Source: Alkalilimnicola ehrlichii MLHE-1 (GTDB taxonomy: Bacteria > Pseudomonadota > Gammaproteobacteria > Nitrococcales > Halorhodospiraceae). Taken from it: a stretch of DNA of 32,000 bases. Position 1 is the stretch's first letter. Every line of letters starts with the position of its first letter. The DNA lies in assembly GCF_000014785.1 (NCBI RefSeq), contig NC_008340.1, positions 750,001 through 782,000 of the forward strand. The letters run 5' to 3'. The notes under the pieces are model-generated. The model had not been told where the DNA came from, searched no databases, and worked only from the letters and a program-made list of their open reading frames with translations. Shown here one piece after another: positions 1-12,182 of this stretch. Both the position numbers and the translations under genes were made by a program.

Positions 1-3000
1 GGCTGCGGCAAATCCAATATCATCGACGCGGTGCGCTGGGTGATGGGTGAGAGCTCCGCCCGCCACCTGCGCGGCCAGTCCATGGCCGACGTCATCTTCA
101 ACGGATCGACCGCCCGCAAACCGGTCAGCCACGCCTCGGTGGAGCTGGTGTTCGACAACAGCGATGGCCGCCTGGGCGGGCAGTACGCCCAGTACGGCGA
201 GATCGCCGTGCGCCGCCAGGTCAACCGCGAGGGGCAATCGCAGTATTTCCTCAACGGCACCCGCTGCCGGCGTAAGGACATCACCGACGTCTTTCTGGGC
301 ACTGGGCTGGGGCCGCGCGGCTACACCATCATCGAGCAGGGCATGATCTCGCGGGTGATCGAGGCCCGGCCCGAGGAGCTGCGCGTCTATCTGGAGGAGG
401 CCGCCGGCATCTCCATCTACAAGGAGCGCCGGCGGGAGACCGAGCGGCGTATCCGCGATACCCGCGAGAATCTGGAACGGCTGGAGGACGTGCGCGAGGA
501 GGTGCGCCGCCAGTTGGAGAAGCTGCGCCGCCAGGCCGAGGTGGCCCGCCGCTACCGGGAGCTGAAACAGGCGGAGCGGGATACCCGGGCCGAATTGATC
601 ACCCTGCGCCAGGCCAGCCTCAAGGCGCAGCTCGAGGAACAGGAGGCGGTGATCGCCGCCAAGGTCAATGCCCGCGAGTTCGCCCTGGCCACCCAGCGTC
701 AGGCCGAGCGGGAGATCGAGGCCATCCGCGCCACCCAGGGCGAGGCCGGCGACCGGCTGAACGCCATTCAGGCCGACTATTACGGCGTGGGCAGCGAGAT
801 CGCCCGCATCGAGCAGCAGATCAGCCACCGCCGCGAACTGCGCGACAAGCAGTTGCGGGAGCTGCGTGACAGCGAGGGGGAGGTGCAGGCGCTGGAGCGC
901 GGTCTGGAGGAGGACCGGGAGAAGCTGGCGCTGCTGGAGGAGCGCCTGGAGGCCCTGCAGCCGGAGCAGGAGGAGCAGGCCCAGTCGGAGGCCTTCGCCC
1001 AGGAGGCGCTGGATGACGCCCGCGACCGGCTGGAGGCCTGGCGCGAGGCCCGCGAGGGCTTTCAGCGCGAGCGGGCCGAGGCCGAGCGTGCCGAGCAGGT
1101 GGAGAAGGTGCGGGTGGAGGGGCTGGAGCGCCGCGCCGACGAACTGGCGCGTCGCCTGGAGCGGTTGGAGGTCGAGTACGAGGCCGAGGACCTGTATGCC
1201 CTGGAACAGGCCATCGGCGACCTGGAGGCGGAGGAGACTGAGCTGGCCGAAGAACTGGCCGGGATGGACGAGGCCCAGGCCGATGTGGCCGAGCGACTGG
1301 AGAGCGACCGGGCCCAGGCGACCGAGCTGGCGGACAAGCTGGAGGCGCTGCGCGGCGAGCTGCATCAGCAGCGCGCCCGCCTCGCCTCGCTGGAGACCCT
1401 GCAGCAGTCGGCGCTGGGTGAGGACGGGGGGCCGCTGGAGGACTGGCTGAGTGCCCGGGAATGGCAGCAGCGCCCGCGCCTGGCCCAGCAGCTGGTTGTC
1501 ACCCCCGGCTGGGAGCGCGCGGTGGAGACCGTGTTGGCCGAGGGGCTGCAGGCGGTGTGCGTGCGCCCCGAGGAGCTGGAGGGCGCCGCCCGGGAGTTGC
1601 CGGAGCAGGGCGATCTCACCCTGGTCAGTGCCGGCGCGGTCGCTTCAGGCGGTGCTGGCGGCGGCGACTGGCTCGCCGACCAGGTGCGGGACGACGGCCG
1701 CACCGCCGCGCTGTTGGCCGGGATCCGCTGTGCCGATGACCTGCCCACCGCCCTGGCACGCCGTGGCGAACTGGCCGCGGGTGAATCCTTCATTACCCCG
1801 GACGGTGTCTGGCTGGGCGCCAACTGGCTCCGCCTGCGAGCCGGCGACGACGCCGAGCGGGGGGTGATCGCCCGTGAGCGGGAGATCCACCAGCTCCGCG
1901 ACCGGGTGGCCGAGGGCGAGGCGCGGCTGGTGGAACGGGAGGAGGCGCAGGACCGCTTGCGGCAGGCCGTCCGCAGCCTGGAGGAGGAGCGCGAGGCGCT
2001 GCAGCAGCGCAGTGCCCCGATGCAGCGCCGCCAGGCCGACCTGCAGGCCCGCATCGAGCACCGCCGCGACGCCTTAGAGGCGGCCCGGGAGCGCCGTGAG
2101 GCCCTGCACGAACAGCAGATCGAGCTTCGCGAGGAGCGTGAAACGGTCGTCGAGGAACTGGACGGCGCCCAGGCCCGACTCGCCGAGGCCGCCGCCCGGG
2201 CCGAGGCCCAGGCCGAGCGCGGTGCGGCCCTGGAGGATGAGCGCCACGCCCTGGAGCGTGCCGTCGACGACGCCCGGGAGCAACTGCGCCAGTGCCGTGA
2301 GGCCCGCCACGAGATCTCCCTCAAGCTCGAGAGCGCCAGCACCGCGCGCCAGGCCCTGCGCGAGGGCCTGGACCGGCTGCAGGCCCAGCACCGGCGTCTG
2401 CTGGACCGGCGGGAGGAGCTGGCCGAGGGCCTGGAGGGGCTCGCCGACCCCGGCGAGGACCTGGAAGCGGAGCGGGACGAGCTCTTGCAGCGCCGCCACC
2501 AGCTGGAGCAGGGGCTGGCCGAGGCCCGCAACCACGTGGCCAACCTGGAGCAGAAGCTGCGTGACTGGGGCGAGCGGCGCCAGACCGCCGTGCAGGAGAC
2601 GGAGACCCTGCGCGAGGAGCTGGAGGGGCTGCGCATCACCGCCCAGGAGTACCGGGTGCTGCAACGCCGCGAGGCGGCGGAACTGGAGCAATTGGGCGAG
2701 CACTTGGAGGTGGTGGCCTCCCGCCTGCCCGAAGGGGCCGAGGTGACCGACTGGGAGAAGCGCCTGGAGCAACTGGGTCGGCGCATCGCCCGGCTGGGTA
2801 CAGTCAACCTGGCCGCCATTGATGAATGCGCCGCCCTGGAGGAGCGCCAGCAGTACCTGGATGCCCAGTACGACGACCTGTTTGAGGCGCTGGAGACCCT
2901 GGAGAACGCCATCCGCCGCATCGACCGGGAGACCCGGGCCCGCTTCCGCGATACCTTCGAGCAGGTCAATCAGGGGGTGCAGCGGCTGTTTCCCCGCCTG

Positions 3001-3408
3001 TTTGGTGGCGGCCGGGCCTACCTGGAACTCACCGACGACGACCTGTTGGCCACCGGCGTGGCGGTCATGGCCCAGCCGCCCGGAAAACGGGTCACCAATA
3101 TCCACCTGCTCTCCGGTGGCGAGAAGGCGCTCACCGCCGTGGCCCTGGTCTTCGCCATCTTCAATCTCAATCCCGCGCCCTTCTGCATGCTCGATGAGGT
3201 GGACGCACCGTTGGACGAGGCCAATGTCGGCCGCTTCTGCGAGATGGTGCGGGAGATGTCCGAGCAGGTGCAGTTCATTGTCATCACCCACAACAAGACC
3301 ACCATGGAGGCGGTCTCCCACCTGGTGGGGGTGACCATGCACGAACCGGGCGTCTCGCGCCTGGTGGCGGTGGACGTGGCCGAGGCGGTGGAACTGGCCG
3401 AGGCCTGA
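1..3408 (+). CDS. smc: Chromosome segregation ATPase SMC (5' end lies outside the window)
   Basis: Frame 1 is open from base 1. The first residues, GCGKSNIIDAVRW, are the end of the Walker A P-loop. About 1000 aa of E/R/A/L-rich coiled coil with a central hinge follow. C-terminal ABC signature LSGGEKALTAVAL, Walker B FCMLDEVDAPLD, H-loop VITHNK. Stop TGA at 3406-3408. Followed by zipA-ligA as in other gammaproteobacteria. Confidence 0.95.
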   Translation, partial: GCGKSNIIDAVRWVMGESSARHLRGQSMADVIFNGSTARKPVSHASVELVFDNSDGRLGGQYAQYGEIAVRRQVNREGQSQYFLNGTRCRRKDITDVFLGTGLGPRGYTIIEQGMISRVIEARPEELRVYLEEAAGISIYKERRRETERRIRDTRENLERLEDVREEVRRQLEKLRRQAEVARRYRELKQAERDTRAELITLRQASLKAQLEEQEAVIAAKVNAREFALATQRQAEREIEAIRATQGEAGDRLNAIQADYYGVGSEIARIEQQISHRRELRDKQLRELRDSEGEVQALERGLEEDREKLALLEERLEALQPEQEEQAQSEAFAQEALDDARDRLEAWREAREGFQRERAEAERAEQVEKVRVEGLERRADELARRLERLEVEYEAEDLYALEQAIGDLEAEETELAEELAGMDEAQADVAERLESDRAQATELADKLEALRGELHQQRARLASLETLQQSALGEDGGPLEDWLSAREWQQRPRLAQQLVVTPGWERAVETVLAEGLQAVCVRPEELEGAARELPEQGDLTLVSAGAVASGGAGGGDWLADQVRDDGRTAALLAGIRCADDLPTALARRGELAAGESFITPDGVWLGANWLRLRAGDDAERGVIAREREIHQLRDRVAEGEARLVEREEAQDRLRQAVRSLEEEREALQQRSAPMQRRQADLQARIEHRRDALEAARERREALHEQQIELREERETVVEELDGAQARLAEAAARAEAQAERGAALEDERHALERAVDDAREQLRQCREARHEISLKLESASTARQALREGLDRLQAQHRRLLDRREELAEGLEGLADPGEDLEAERDELLQRRHQLEQGLAEARNHVANLEQKLRDWGERRQTAVQETETLREELEGLRITAQEYRVLQRREAAELEQLGEHLEVVASRLPEGAEVTDWEKRLEQLGRRIARLGTVNLAAIDECAALEERQQYLDAQYDDLFEALETLENAIRRIDRETRARFRDTFEQVNQGVQRLFPRLFGGGRAYLELTDDDLLATGVAVMAQPPGKRVTNIHLLSGGEKALTAVALVFAIFNLNPAPFCMLDEVDAPLDEANVGRFCEMVREMSEQVQFIVITHNKTTMEAVSHLVGVTMHEPGVSRLVAVDVAEAVELAEA

Positions 3409-3438
3409 GCCGCTGTCGCCCCGTCCGGCCCGGGAAAA

Positions 3439-3447
3439 TGGCATAAT
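3439..3447 (+). promoter_or_regulatory. Candidate extended -10 promoter element (TGgCATAAT) upstream of zipA
   Basis: TGGCATAAT lies in the 148-bp smc-zipA spacer, about 110 nt upstream of the zipA ATG. No convincing -35 was found. The same 9-mer occurs upstream of korA. Confidence 0.25.
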
Positions 3448-3556
3448 CCCGGACCCGCTGCCGGTTCAAAGTCGGCGGTGCAGCGTATAAAGTGGTGAGC
3501 GAATAACGCTCTGCAAGGCGCTGAATCCCAAGCCCACCAATTGCTCGGATGCATCC

Positions 3557-6681
<3,125 letters not shown>

Positions 6682-6766
6682 TTACCAGAGTGACTTGCCT
6701 TTCGGCAGCAAAGGGGGCTGGCTATGGCTTCGATCTGGGGGCCCTTGAGCTGGGCGTCGGCCCTGC

Positions 6767-6877
6767 GATTCAGGGGACGCCGTAAACCCTTGCAAGCTGC
6801 GCTTCCTGCTTCGCTTGCAAGTCCAGCCCGACCATCCATGGTCGGTCGTTCGCCGCAGTGCGGCTCACCCCTGAATC
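6767..6877. repeat. Nested inverted-repeat (multi-hairpin) element in the ligA / FimX-like convergent spacer
   Basis: Outer 10-bp arms GATTCAGGGG (6767-6776) and CCCCTGAATC (6868-6877). They enclose a 9-bp hairpin CTTGCAAGC (6789-6797) / GCTTGCAAG (6813-6821) and the palindrome CCGACCAT-cc-ATGGTCGG (6828-6845). Confidence 0.5.
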
Positions 6878-6906
6878 GGTGCCCCTGCACCCGGCACGGG
6901 CGGCGG

Positions 6907-6930
6907 TGCCACCTTTTCGGCGAGGTGGCA
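6907..6930. terminator. GC-rich hairpin between convergent ligA and FimX-like genes (possible bidirectional terminator)
   Basis: TGCCACCT (6907-6914), loop tttcggcg, AGGTGGCA (6923-6930). A T-run (ccttttt) follows about 10 nt downstream on the + strand. No U-tract on the - strand. Confidence 0.35.
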
Positions 6931-6946
6931 TGGTCCTGCCCCTTTT

Positions 6947-9028
6947 TCAGAACACCATCTCCGAGAAGTCGTAGCTCATCTCGCGGGTCGGTTCCTGCAG
7001 GAAGTCGCCCTGCACGTAGTCGGCGCCGTATTCCCACATCAGCGCCAGTGCGGCCGGGCTGCCCAGGTAGCCGGCCACCACCTGTTGGCCCATCTGGTGG
7101 GCGGTTTCGATGATTTGACGGACCAGGCGCTGGTTCTCCTCCGTCTGTTCGATGTCGGCGGTGAGTGAGTCGTCCAGCTTCACCAGGTCGGAGTGCAGGT
7201 GCTTGAGCAGTTGGAAGGGGTTCAGGGCGCTGCCGAAGTGGTCCAGGGAGAGCTTGCAGCCCAGGCGGTCGAGCCCCTGCTGTAGGGCCTTGGCCTGATT
7301 GAGCTGGGTGACCACCACCGGTTCGTTGAGCTGGAAGACCAGGGTCGCCGGGTCGGCCTGGTGGTGTTCGAGTTCTTCGCTCAGCAGGTCGAGGAAGCCC
7401 GGGTCGGTGAGTGTGGCGCCGTCGAGCTTGACGAACAGGCAGACGCGCTTGCCCAGGCGCCGGCGCTCGGCCGCCAGGGCCACGGCCCGCCGGGTGACCC
7501 AGCGGTCGATTTCCCCGAGCAGCCCGGCCTGTTCGGCGTGGGGCAGGAACTCCAGCGGCTCGATCTCCCGGCCCTGCTCATCCGGCATGCGGATGCGCAG
7601 CTCGTAGAGTTCATCCCATTGGTGGCTCTCGGTCAGGGCGATGACCGGTTGGAAGACCAGGTAGAACTCGTCCTGCTCCAGGCAGTGCCGGACCCGCTCC
7701 CGCAGCCGTGCCTCGCGCTGCTGGGTCTCCATCACCTCCTGGCTGGAGGCGTGAAGCTGGACTTGGTTGCCACCGGCGCGCAGGGCGGTCTCGGAGGCGG
7801 CATAGGCCATGTCGATGGCGGCCTGGGCATTGTCGGCGTTGGTACCGACCATGGCGACGCCGATGGCACAGGTCACGGCGAGGGTGCTGCCGTCCACCTC
7901 GATCACCTGTTCCTCGATGTCCTGGCGCAGGGTCTCGGCCAAGTCCATGGCGTGGTCGATCTTGCTCCGCTCCAGCAGGATGGCGAATTCCTCGTCACTC
8001 AGCCGGCAGGGGATGTCCTCTTCGCCGACCTGTGCGCTGATTCGTTGGGCCACGTGCGCCAGGACCCGGTCCACCGCGGCCAGCCCCATGCGCTCGCGGA
8101 TGTGGCTGAGCTTTTCCAGCTGCAGGTAAAGCAGGGCGTGACTGTTGCGGCCGCCGGCGTCGAGGTTGCGGGCGATGAGGCTGTCCAGGTGGTCCAGGAA
8201 GTAACTGCGGTTGTAGAGGCCGGTGGTGGTGTCCTGGCGGTTGAGCTGTTCCAGGTCGGCCTCCAGCTCGCTGACCTGCAGCAGCACCTGGGTGCAGGGC
8301 TCGTCCTCTACCATGGCGGGGGTGAGCGCCATGGTGACCTCCTCCGGGCCATCGGCGGTGAGAAGACCGATGGTGACCTCGTGGCGGGTGAGGTCGCCGC
8401 GGCTGAAGCGGCGCAGCGCCTCCTTGCACTTGCCCTGGTCGGCCTCCACCACCATGTCGAGGATGGGCGTGCCCTCAATGTCCGCCAAGTCGTCGTGGCC
8501 GAACTTTTCCAGGTAGGCCGGGTTGGCGTAGATGTGCATGCCTTCATGGACGTAGGCAATCGGGTCGCGCGAGCTGTCCAGCAGGGCGCGGCAGCGGCGC
8601 TCCGTCTCCCGCACCGAGGACTCCAGCCGGCGCAGGCGGCGGCGTTCCTGCAGGTGGTGCAGCTCCCGTTCGATGACCAGCTTGAGGTGCTCCAGGTCGC
8701 TCTTGCTGACCAGGTCTTGGGCACCCATCTGCATGGCGTAGCGGCGCTGCTCCTGGCTCGGTTCGTCGCAGGTGGCGATGACGGGGATGTCCTTACCGAA
8801 CTGTTGGATGAGCTGGCGCGCGGTGTCCACGGGGACCTGGCGCAGGGCCAGGGAGCAGAGCATCAGGTCGGCCGGTTTCTCCTGGAGGGTCTCGCGCAGG
8901 TTGTCGATGCCGTCGATGCGCCGGGCACGCACGGCGTAGCCGCTGTTGCGCAGCACGCTGACGTAGATTTCGGCGTCGTTGGGCGATTCCTCGGTGATCA
9001 ACAGCCGGACCAGCGGGTTCTGTCTCAT
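6947..9028 (-). CDS. FimX-like REC-PAS-GGDEF-EAL protein with degenerate REC, GGDEF and EAL motifs (probable c-di-GMP receptor, not an enzyme)
   Basis: 693 aa. The REC-like N-terminus lacks the acceptor Asp (ADLMLCSLAL) and the acidic pair (ITEESP). PAS region present (LLDSSRDPIAYVHEGMHIYANPAYLEKFG). GGDEF site reads RLSDEEFAILL. EAL site reads YELRIRM. Downstream EAL catalytic landmarks are altered (KLDG for N-x-S, FQLNEP for E-x-TE, LDHFGS for DDFG, VVAGYLGS for AEGVE), while LVKLDDS and the QGDF element are kept. Size and architecture match Pseudomonas/Xanthomonas FimX. Confidence 0.8.
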   Translation of the reverse strand: MRQNPLVRLLITEESPNDAEIYVSVLRNSGYAVRARRIDGIDNLRETLQEKPADLMLCSLALRQVPVDTARQLIQQFGKDIPVIATCDEPSQEQRRYAMQMGAQDLVSKSDLEHLKLVIERELHHLQERRRLRRLESSVRETERRCRALLDSSRDPIAYVHEGMHIYANPAYLEKFGHDDLADIEGTPILDMVVEADQGKCKEALRRFSRGDLTRHEVTIGLLTADGPEEVTMALTPAMVEDEPCTQVLLQVSELEADLEQLNRQDTTTGLYNRSYFLDHLDSLIARNLDAGGRNSHALLYLQLEKLSHIRERMGLAAVDRVLAHVAQRISAQVGEEDIPCRLSDEEFAILLERSKIDHAMDLAETLRQDIEEQVIEVDGSTLAVTCAIGVAMVGTNADNAQAAIDMAYAASETALRAGGNQVQLHASSQEVMETQQREARLRERVRHCLEQDEFYLVFQPVIALTESHQWDELYELRIRMPDEQGREIEPLEFLPHAEQAGLLGEIDRWVTRRAVALAAERRRLGKRVCLFVKLDGATLTDPGFLDLLSEELEHHQADPATLVFQLNEPVVVTQLNQAKALQQGLDRLGCKLSLDHFGSALNPFQLLKHLHSDLVKLDDSLTADIEQTEENQRLVRQIIETAHQMGQQVVAGYLGSPAALALMWEYGADYVQGDFLQEPTREMSYDFSEMVF

Positions 9029-9040
9029 GCCGGGGCGTCC

Positions 9041-10087
9041 TTATGGGCGTGAGTCGTTGATGTTACACGATGACCCGGCCAGCGGGGTGACCGGGGTCTT
9101 GGCGGGTTCCCCGGCCTCCTCCCGCACCAGTCGGGGCACCAGGTAGCCGGGCAGACGGGCGGCGAGTTCGGCCGCCAGGGCGCGGGCCCGGAGTTCCGTC
9201 ACCTCGAAATGGGCCGCCCCCTGCACCCGGTCCAGCAGGTGCAGGTAGTAGGGCAGCACCCCGAGCTGGAAGAGCTGGCGGCTCAGCGCCGCCAGGGTGT
9301 CGGCGTCGTCGTTGATCCGGCGCAGCAGCACCGTCTGGTTGAGGAGCCAGTGACCGGCCTCCCGCAGCCGGGCCAGGGCGCCGGCGACCGTGCTGTCCAG
9401 CTCCTGGGCGTGGTTGCTGTGGATCACCCAGACCACCTCCCAGGGCCCCTTCAGCAGCGCCATCAATCCCGGGGTGATGCGGTCCGGCAGCACCACGGGC
9501 AGACGGGTGTGCAGCCGTAGCCGCCGGACCTGCGGCCGCTGCGCCAGGGCCTCGGTGAGCGTGGCCAGGCGCCGATCACTGAGGGTCAGCGGGTCGCCAC
9601 CGCTGAGGATGACCTCGTCCACCTCCGGATGGGCGTCCAGCCAGGCCAGGGTCGCGCGCCAGTCGTCGCGCCCGGCTTGCGACTCGGTGTAGGGGAAGTG
9701 CCGGCGGAAGCAGTACCGGCAATGGATGGCGCAGGCGCCGGTGGTGATCAGCAGCACCCGCCCGTGGTACTTGTGCAGCAGGCCGGGGTTGGCCTCGGCG
9801 GCGGCGTCACCCACCGGGTCCGCGGTGAAACCGGCCGGGGTCTCGTGCTCGGCCGCCAGCGGCAGGACCTGGCGCAGCAGCGGGTCGTCCGGGTCGCCGG
9901 GGCGGATGCGGGCCAGCCACGGCTCCGGCACCCGCAGCGGGAACAGCCGGGCCGCGGATTCCGCCGCCGGCAGCAGGGTCATCGGCAGGTCCAGTCGCTG
10001 CAACAGCTCGCGGGGGTCGCGCACGGCTCGGGCCAACTGGCGCCGCCAGTCCGGAGGGGGCGAGGGTTGCGCTGAAGGTCTCGGCAT
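9041..10087 (-). CDS. epmB: EF-P beta-lysylation protein EpmB (lysine 2,3-aminomutase family, radical SAM)
   Basis: Radical-SAM cluster motif CAIHCRYCFRR. N-terminus resembles E. coli EpmB/YjeK (DW..QLA..V.DP.ELL..L; LF.LRVP; GDPDDPLLRQVLP). Divergent from efp, as in enterics. The ATG at 10087 is preferred over the track's TTG at 10108. Confidence 0.9.
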   Translation of the reverse strand: MPRPSAQPSPPPDWRRQLARAVRDPRELLQRLDLPMTLLPAAESAARLFPLRVPEPWLARIRPGDPDDPLLRQVLPLAAEHETPAGFTADPVGDAAAEANPGLLHKYHGRVLLITTGACAIHCRYCFRRHFPYTESQAGRDDWRATLAWLDAHPEVDEVILSGGDPLTLSDRRLATLTEALAQRPQVRRLRLHTRLPVVLPDRITPGLMALLKGPWEVVWVIHSNHAQELDSTVAGALARLREAGHWLLNQTVLLRRINDDADTLAALSRQLFQLGVLPYYLHLLDRVQGAAHFEVTELRARALAAELAARLPGYLVPRLVREEAGEPAKTPVTPLAGSSCNINDSRP

Positions 10088-10215
10088 GGCAGCCCGTGTT
10101 CTAAACAAGGCGGATTTCCGTTAGGATTCGGCGTCACTTTACATGAATCGGGGCTCGGGGAGGGCCCAGCCGCTGCCTTCCCGCCCGGTAACCGCAAGCG
10201 GACAGCAGGTGTCGA

Positions 10216-10785
10216 ATGGCTCAGTACAGTACCAACGAGTTCAAGGGTGGCCTCAAGATTATGCTCGATGGTGATCCCTACACCATCGTGGAGAATGAGT
10301 TCGTCAAGCCGGGCAAGGGCCAGGCCTTCAACCGGGTGAAGGTGCGCAACCTTAAAACTGGTAAGGTCATCGACCGCACGTTCAAGTCCGGTGAGTCGGT
10401 GGAGGCGGCGGATGTCCTGGAGACGGAGATGCAGTTCCTCTACTCCGACGGCGAGTTCTTCCACATGATGGATCCGGAGACCTTCGAGCAGAAGGCGGCA
10501 CCGGCCTCGGCCGTGGGTGACGCGGCCAAGTGGCTGAAGGAGCAGGCCATGTGCACCGTGATCCTGTGGAATGACGAGCCCCTGACGGTGGAGCCGCCGA
10601 ACTTCGTCGAGCTGCGGGTGGTGGAGACCGACCCGGGCGTGCGCGGTGATACCTCCGGCGGTGGTGGCAAGCCGGCCACCCTGGAGACCGGTGCGGTGGT
10701 GCGTGTGCCGCTGTTCATTGAGGAGGGGGAGCTGCTTAAGGTGGACACCCGCAGCGGCGAGTACGTCGGCCGCGTCAAGGGTTAG
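10216..10785 (+). CDS. efp: Translation elongation factor P
   Basis: 189 aa. The conserved loop [17 protein letters not shown] places the modifiable Lys at residue 34. AGGTG Shine-Dalgarno 4-5 nt upstream of the ATG. Confidence 0.97.
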   Translation: MAQYSTNEFKGGLKIMLDGDPYTIVENEFVKPGKGQAFNRVKVRNLKTGKVIDRTFKSGESVEAADVLETEMQFLYSDGEFFHMMDPETFEQKAAPASAVGDAAKWLKEQAMCTVILWNDEPLTVEPPNFVELRVVETDPGVRGDTSGGGGKPATLETGAVVRVPLFIEEGELLKVDTRSGEYVGRVKG

Positions 10786-10798
10786 GGCGTCCGCAGCG

Positions 10799-11743
10799 GT
10801 GACTGACTGGCGCCCCACGGCGGGGCTGGCGGCGCTGCGCCGGCGTGCGGCCTTGATCCGCCGTATCCGCGTCTTCTTCGACCGGCGTGGCCTGCTGGAG
10901 GTGGAGACCCCGCTGATGGCCACCGCCCCGGCCATGGATCCCAACCTGGACAGCCTGGCGGTGAGCCGGCCCGACGGCTGCCCGGCCTGGCTGCAGACCT
11001 CGCCGGAGTATGCCATGAAGCGGCTCCTGGCCGCCGGCAGCGGCGATATCTGGCAGCTTACCCGGGCCTTCCGCGGCAGCGAGCGGGGGCGCCTGCACAA
11101 CCCGGAGTTCACCCTTCTGGAGTGGTACCGCGTGGGCTGGGACCACCACGCCCTGATGCAGGAGGTGGCCGAGCTGGCTGCCGAGCTGGCCGGGGAGCGG
11201 CCGGTGGAGCACTGGACCTACCGCGACGCCTTCCAGCACTTCGCCGGGCTGGACCCCTTCCAGGCCCCCCTCGACGTGCTCCGGGCCCGGGGCGGCGATA
11301 AGGGGCTGACCGCCGCCCTGGGGGAGGACCGGGATGCCTGGCTGGACCTCATCCTCTCGCGCGAGGTGGCGCCCCGGCTGGGCCGTGGGCGCTTGAGTTT
11401 TCTCACCGATTTCCCAGCCAGCCAGGCGGCGCTTGCCCGGCTGCGGCCGGGCGACCCGCCGGTGGCGGAGCGCTTCGAGCTCTTTATGGAGGGCATGGAG
11501 ATCGCCAACGGCTACCACGAGCTTGCCGACCCGGCGGAGCAGCGCCGGCGCTTCCGCGCCGAGCAGCAGGCCCGCGACGCCAGGGGCGAGCGCTTGCCGG
11601 TGGATCAACGGCTGTTGGCCGCCCTGGAGGCGGGCCTGCCGCCCTGCGCCGGCGTGGCCCTGGGGGTGGACCGGTTGGTGATGGTGGCGCTGGGGGCGGA
11701 GTGCATCGACGCGGTGTGGGCGTTCCCCGACGAGCGGGCCTGA
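10799..11743 (+). CDS. epmA: EF-P-lysine lysyltransferase EpmA (PoxA/GenX, class II LysRS paralogue)
   Basis: From the GTG at 10799 the product begins MTDWRPTAGLAALRRRAALIRRIRVFFDRRGLLEVETP, which parallels the E. coli EpmA N-terminus. Class II aaRS motifs present (FRGSERGRLHNPEFTLLEWY; GVALGVDRLVM). Starts 13 nt after the efp stop. The track's 10646 start overlaps efp and is rejected. Confidence 0.9.
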   Translation: MTDWRPTAGLAALRRRAALIRRIRVFFDRRGLLEVETPLMATAPAMDPNLDSLAVSRPDGCPAWLQTSPEYAMKRLLAAGSGDIWQLTRAFRGSERGRLHNPEFTLLEWYRVGWDHHALMQEVAELAAELAGERPVEHWTYRDAFQHFAGLDPFQAPLDVLRARGGDKGLTAALGEDRDAWLDLILSREVAPRLGRGRLSFLTDFPASQAALARLRPGDPPVAERFELFMEGMEIANGYHELADPAEQRRRFRAEQQARDARGERLPVDQRLLAALEAGLPPCAGVALGVDRLVMVALGAECIDAVWAFPDERA

Positions 11744-11750
11744 GCCGCGG

Positions 11751-12116
11751 TCAGCCGTCGGAGGGCTGCGCCGGTGCGCGCGGCCGCTGGTCCGGCCCCA
11801 TCACCGTCCGGCCTTCCGGCATATCCAGTTGCACTCCCCGGCACTGTCGCCCCAGTAGTTGCACATAGCCGGGGCGGCGGTCAGCGCCGTCGACGCTGAA
11901 TTCGAAGCGGTACTCCCGGCGCCAGGTCAGCCGCCCCGACGGGCCGCGGGCCGGACGAATGCGGGCGAGCGACACGGTGACATCCAGCAATTGCACGTCC
12001 AGACCACGGCACGCCCGGCGGGCGGCCCGCACCGCCTGGTCCCGGGCGCGCAGGGCGTCTGACCAGTAGAGGCCGACGGCAACGACGATCAGCAGGGTGA
12101 CAAGGGCGGTTTCCAT
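11751..12116 (-). CDS. DUF3301-family small membrane-anchored protein
   Basis: 121 aa from the ATG at 12116. N-terminal TM LVTLLIVVAVGLYW followed by the pattern A...A...C....VQLLD.TV.L......G.L...R.Y.FEFS..G..R..G, which I recognise as DUF3301. The upstream 177 codons of the track ORF overlap the PHP gene in antisense and are not credible. Confidence 0.65.
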   Translation of the reverse strand: METALVTLLIVVAVGLYWSDALRARDQAVRAARRACRGLDVQLLDVTVSLARIRPARGPSGRLTWRREYRFEFSVDGADRRPGYVQLLGRQCRGVQLDMPEGRTVMGPDQRPRAPAQPSDG

Positions 12117-12182
12117 GGGTTCCGCTGCGGCTGATGGGGGCCTCCATGATACGCTGCCCGGCACCGAAACGAGACCCCGGAC

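Noticed and set aside
1365-3444. Long antisense ORFs within smc (1365..2969 -, 534 aa; 2074..3444 -, 456 aa). Similar ones lie opposite other genes (7361..9052 +, 13184..14308 -, 25094..26590 -, 9979..11112 -, 15632..16693 +)
   Set aside because: Their translations are low-complexity Arg/Ala/Ser/Pro/Gly-rich strings with no recognisable motifs. They fully overlap genes with strong family signatures. Stop-codon-poor antisense frames are expected at this G+C content.
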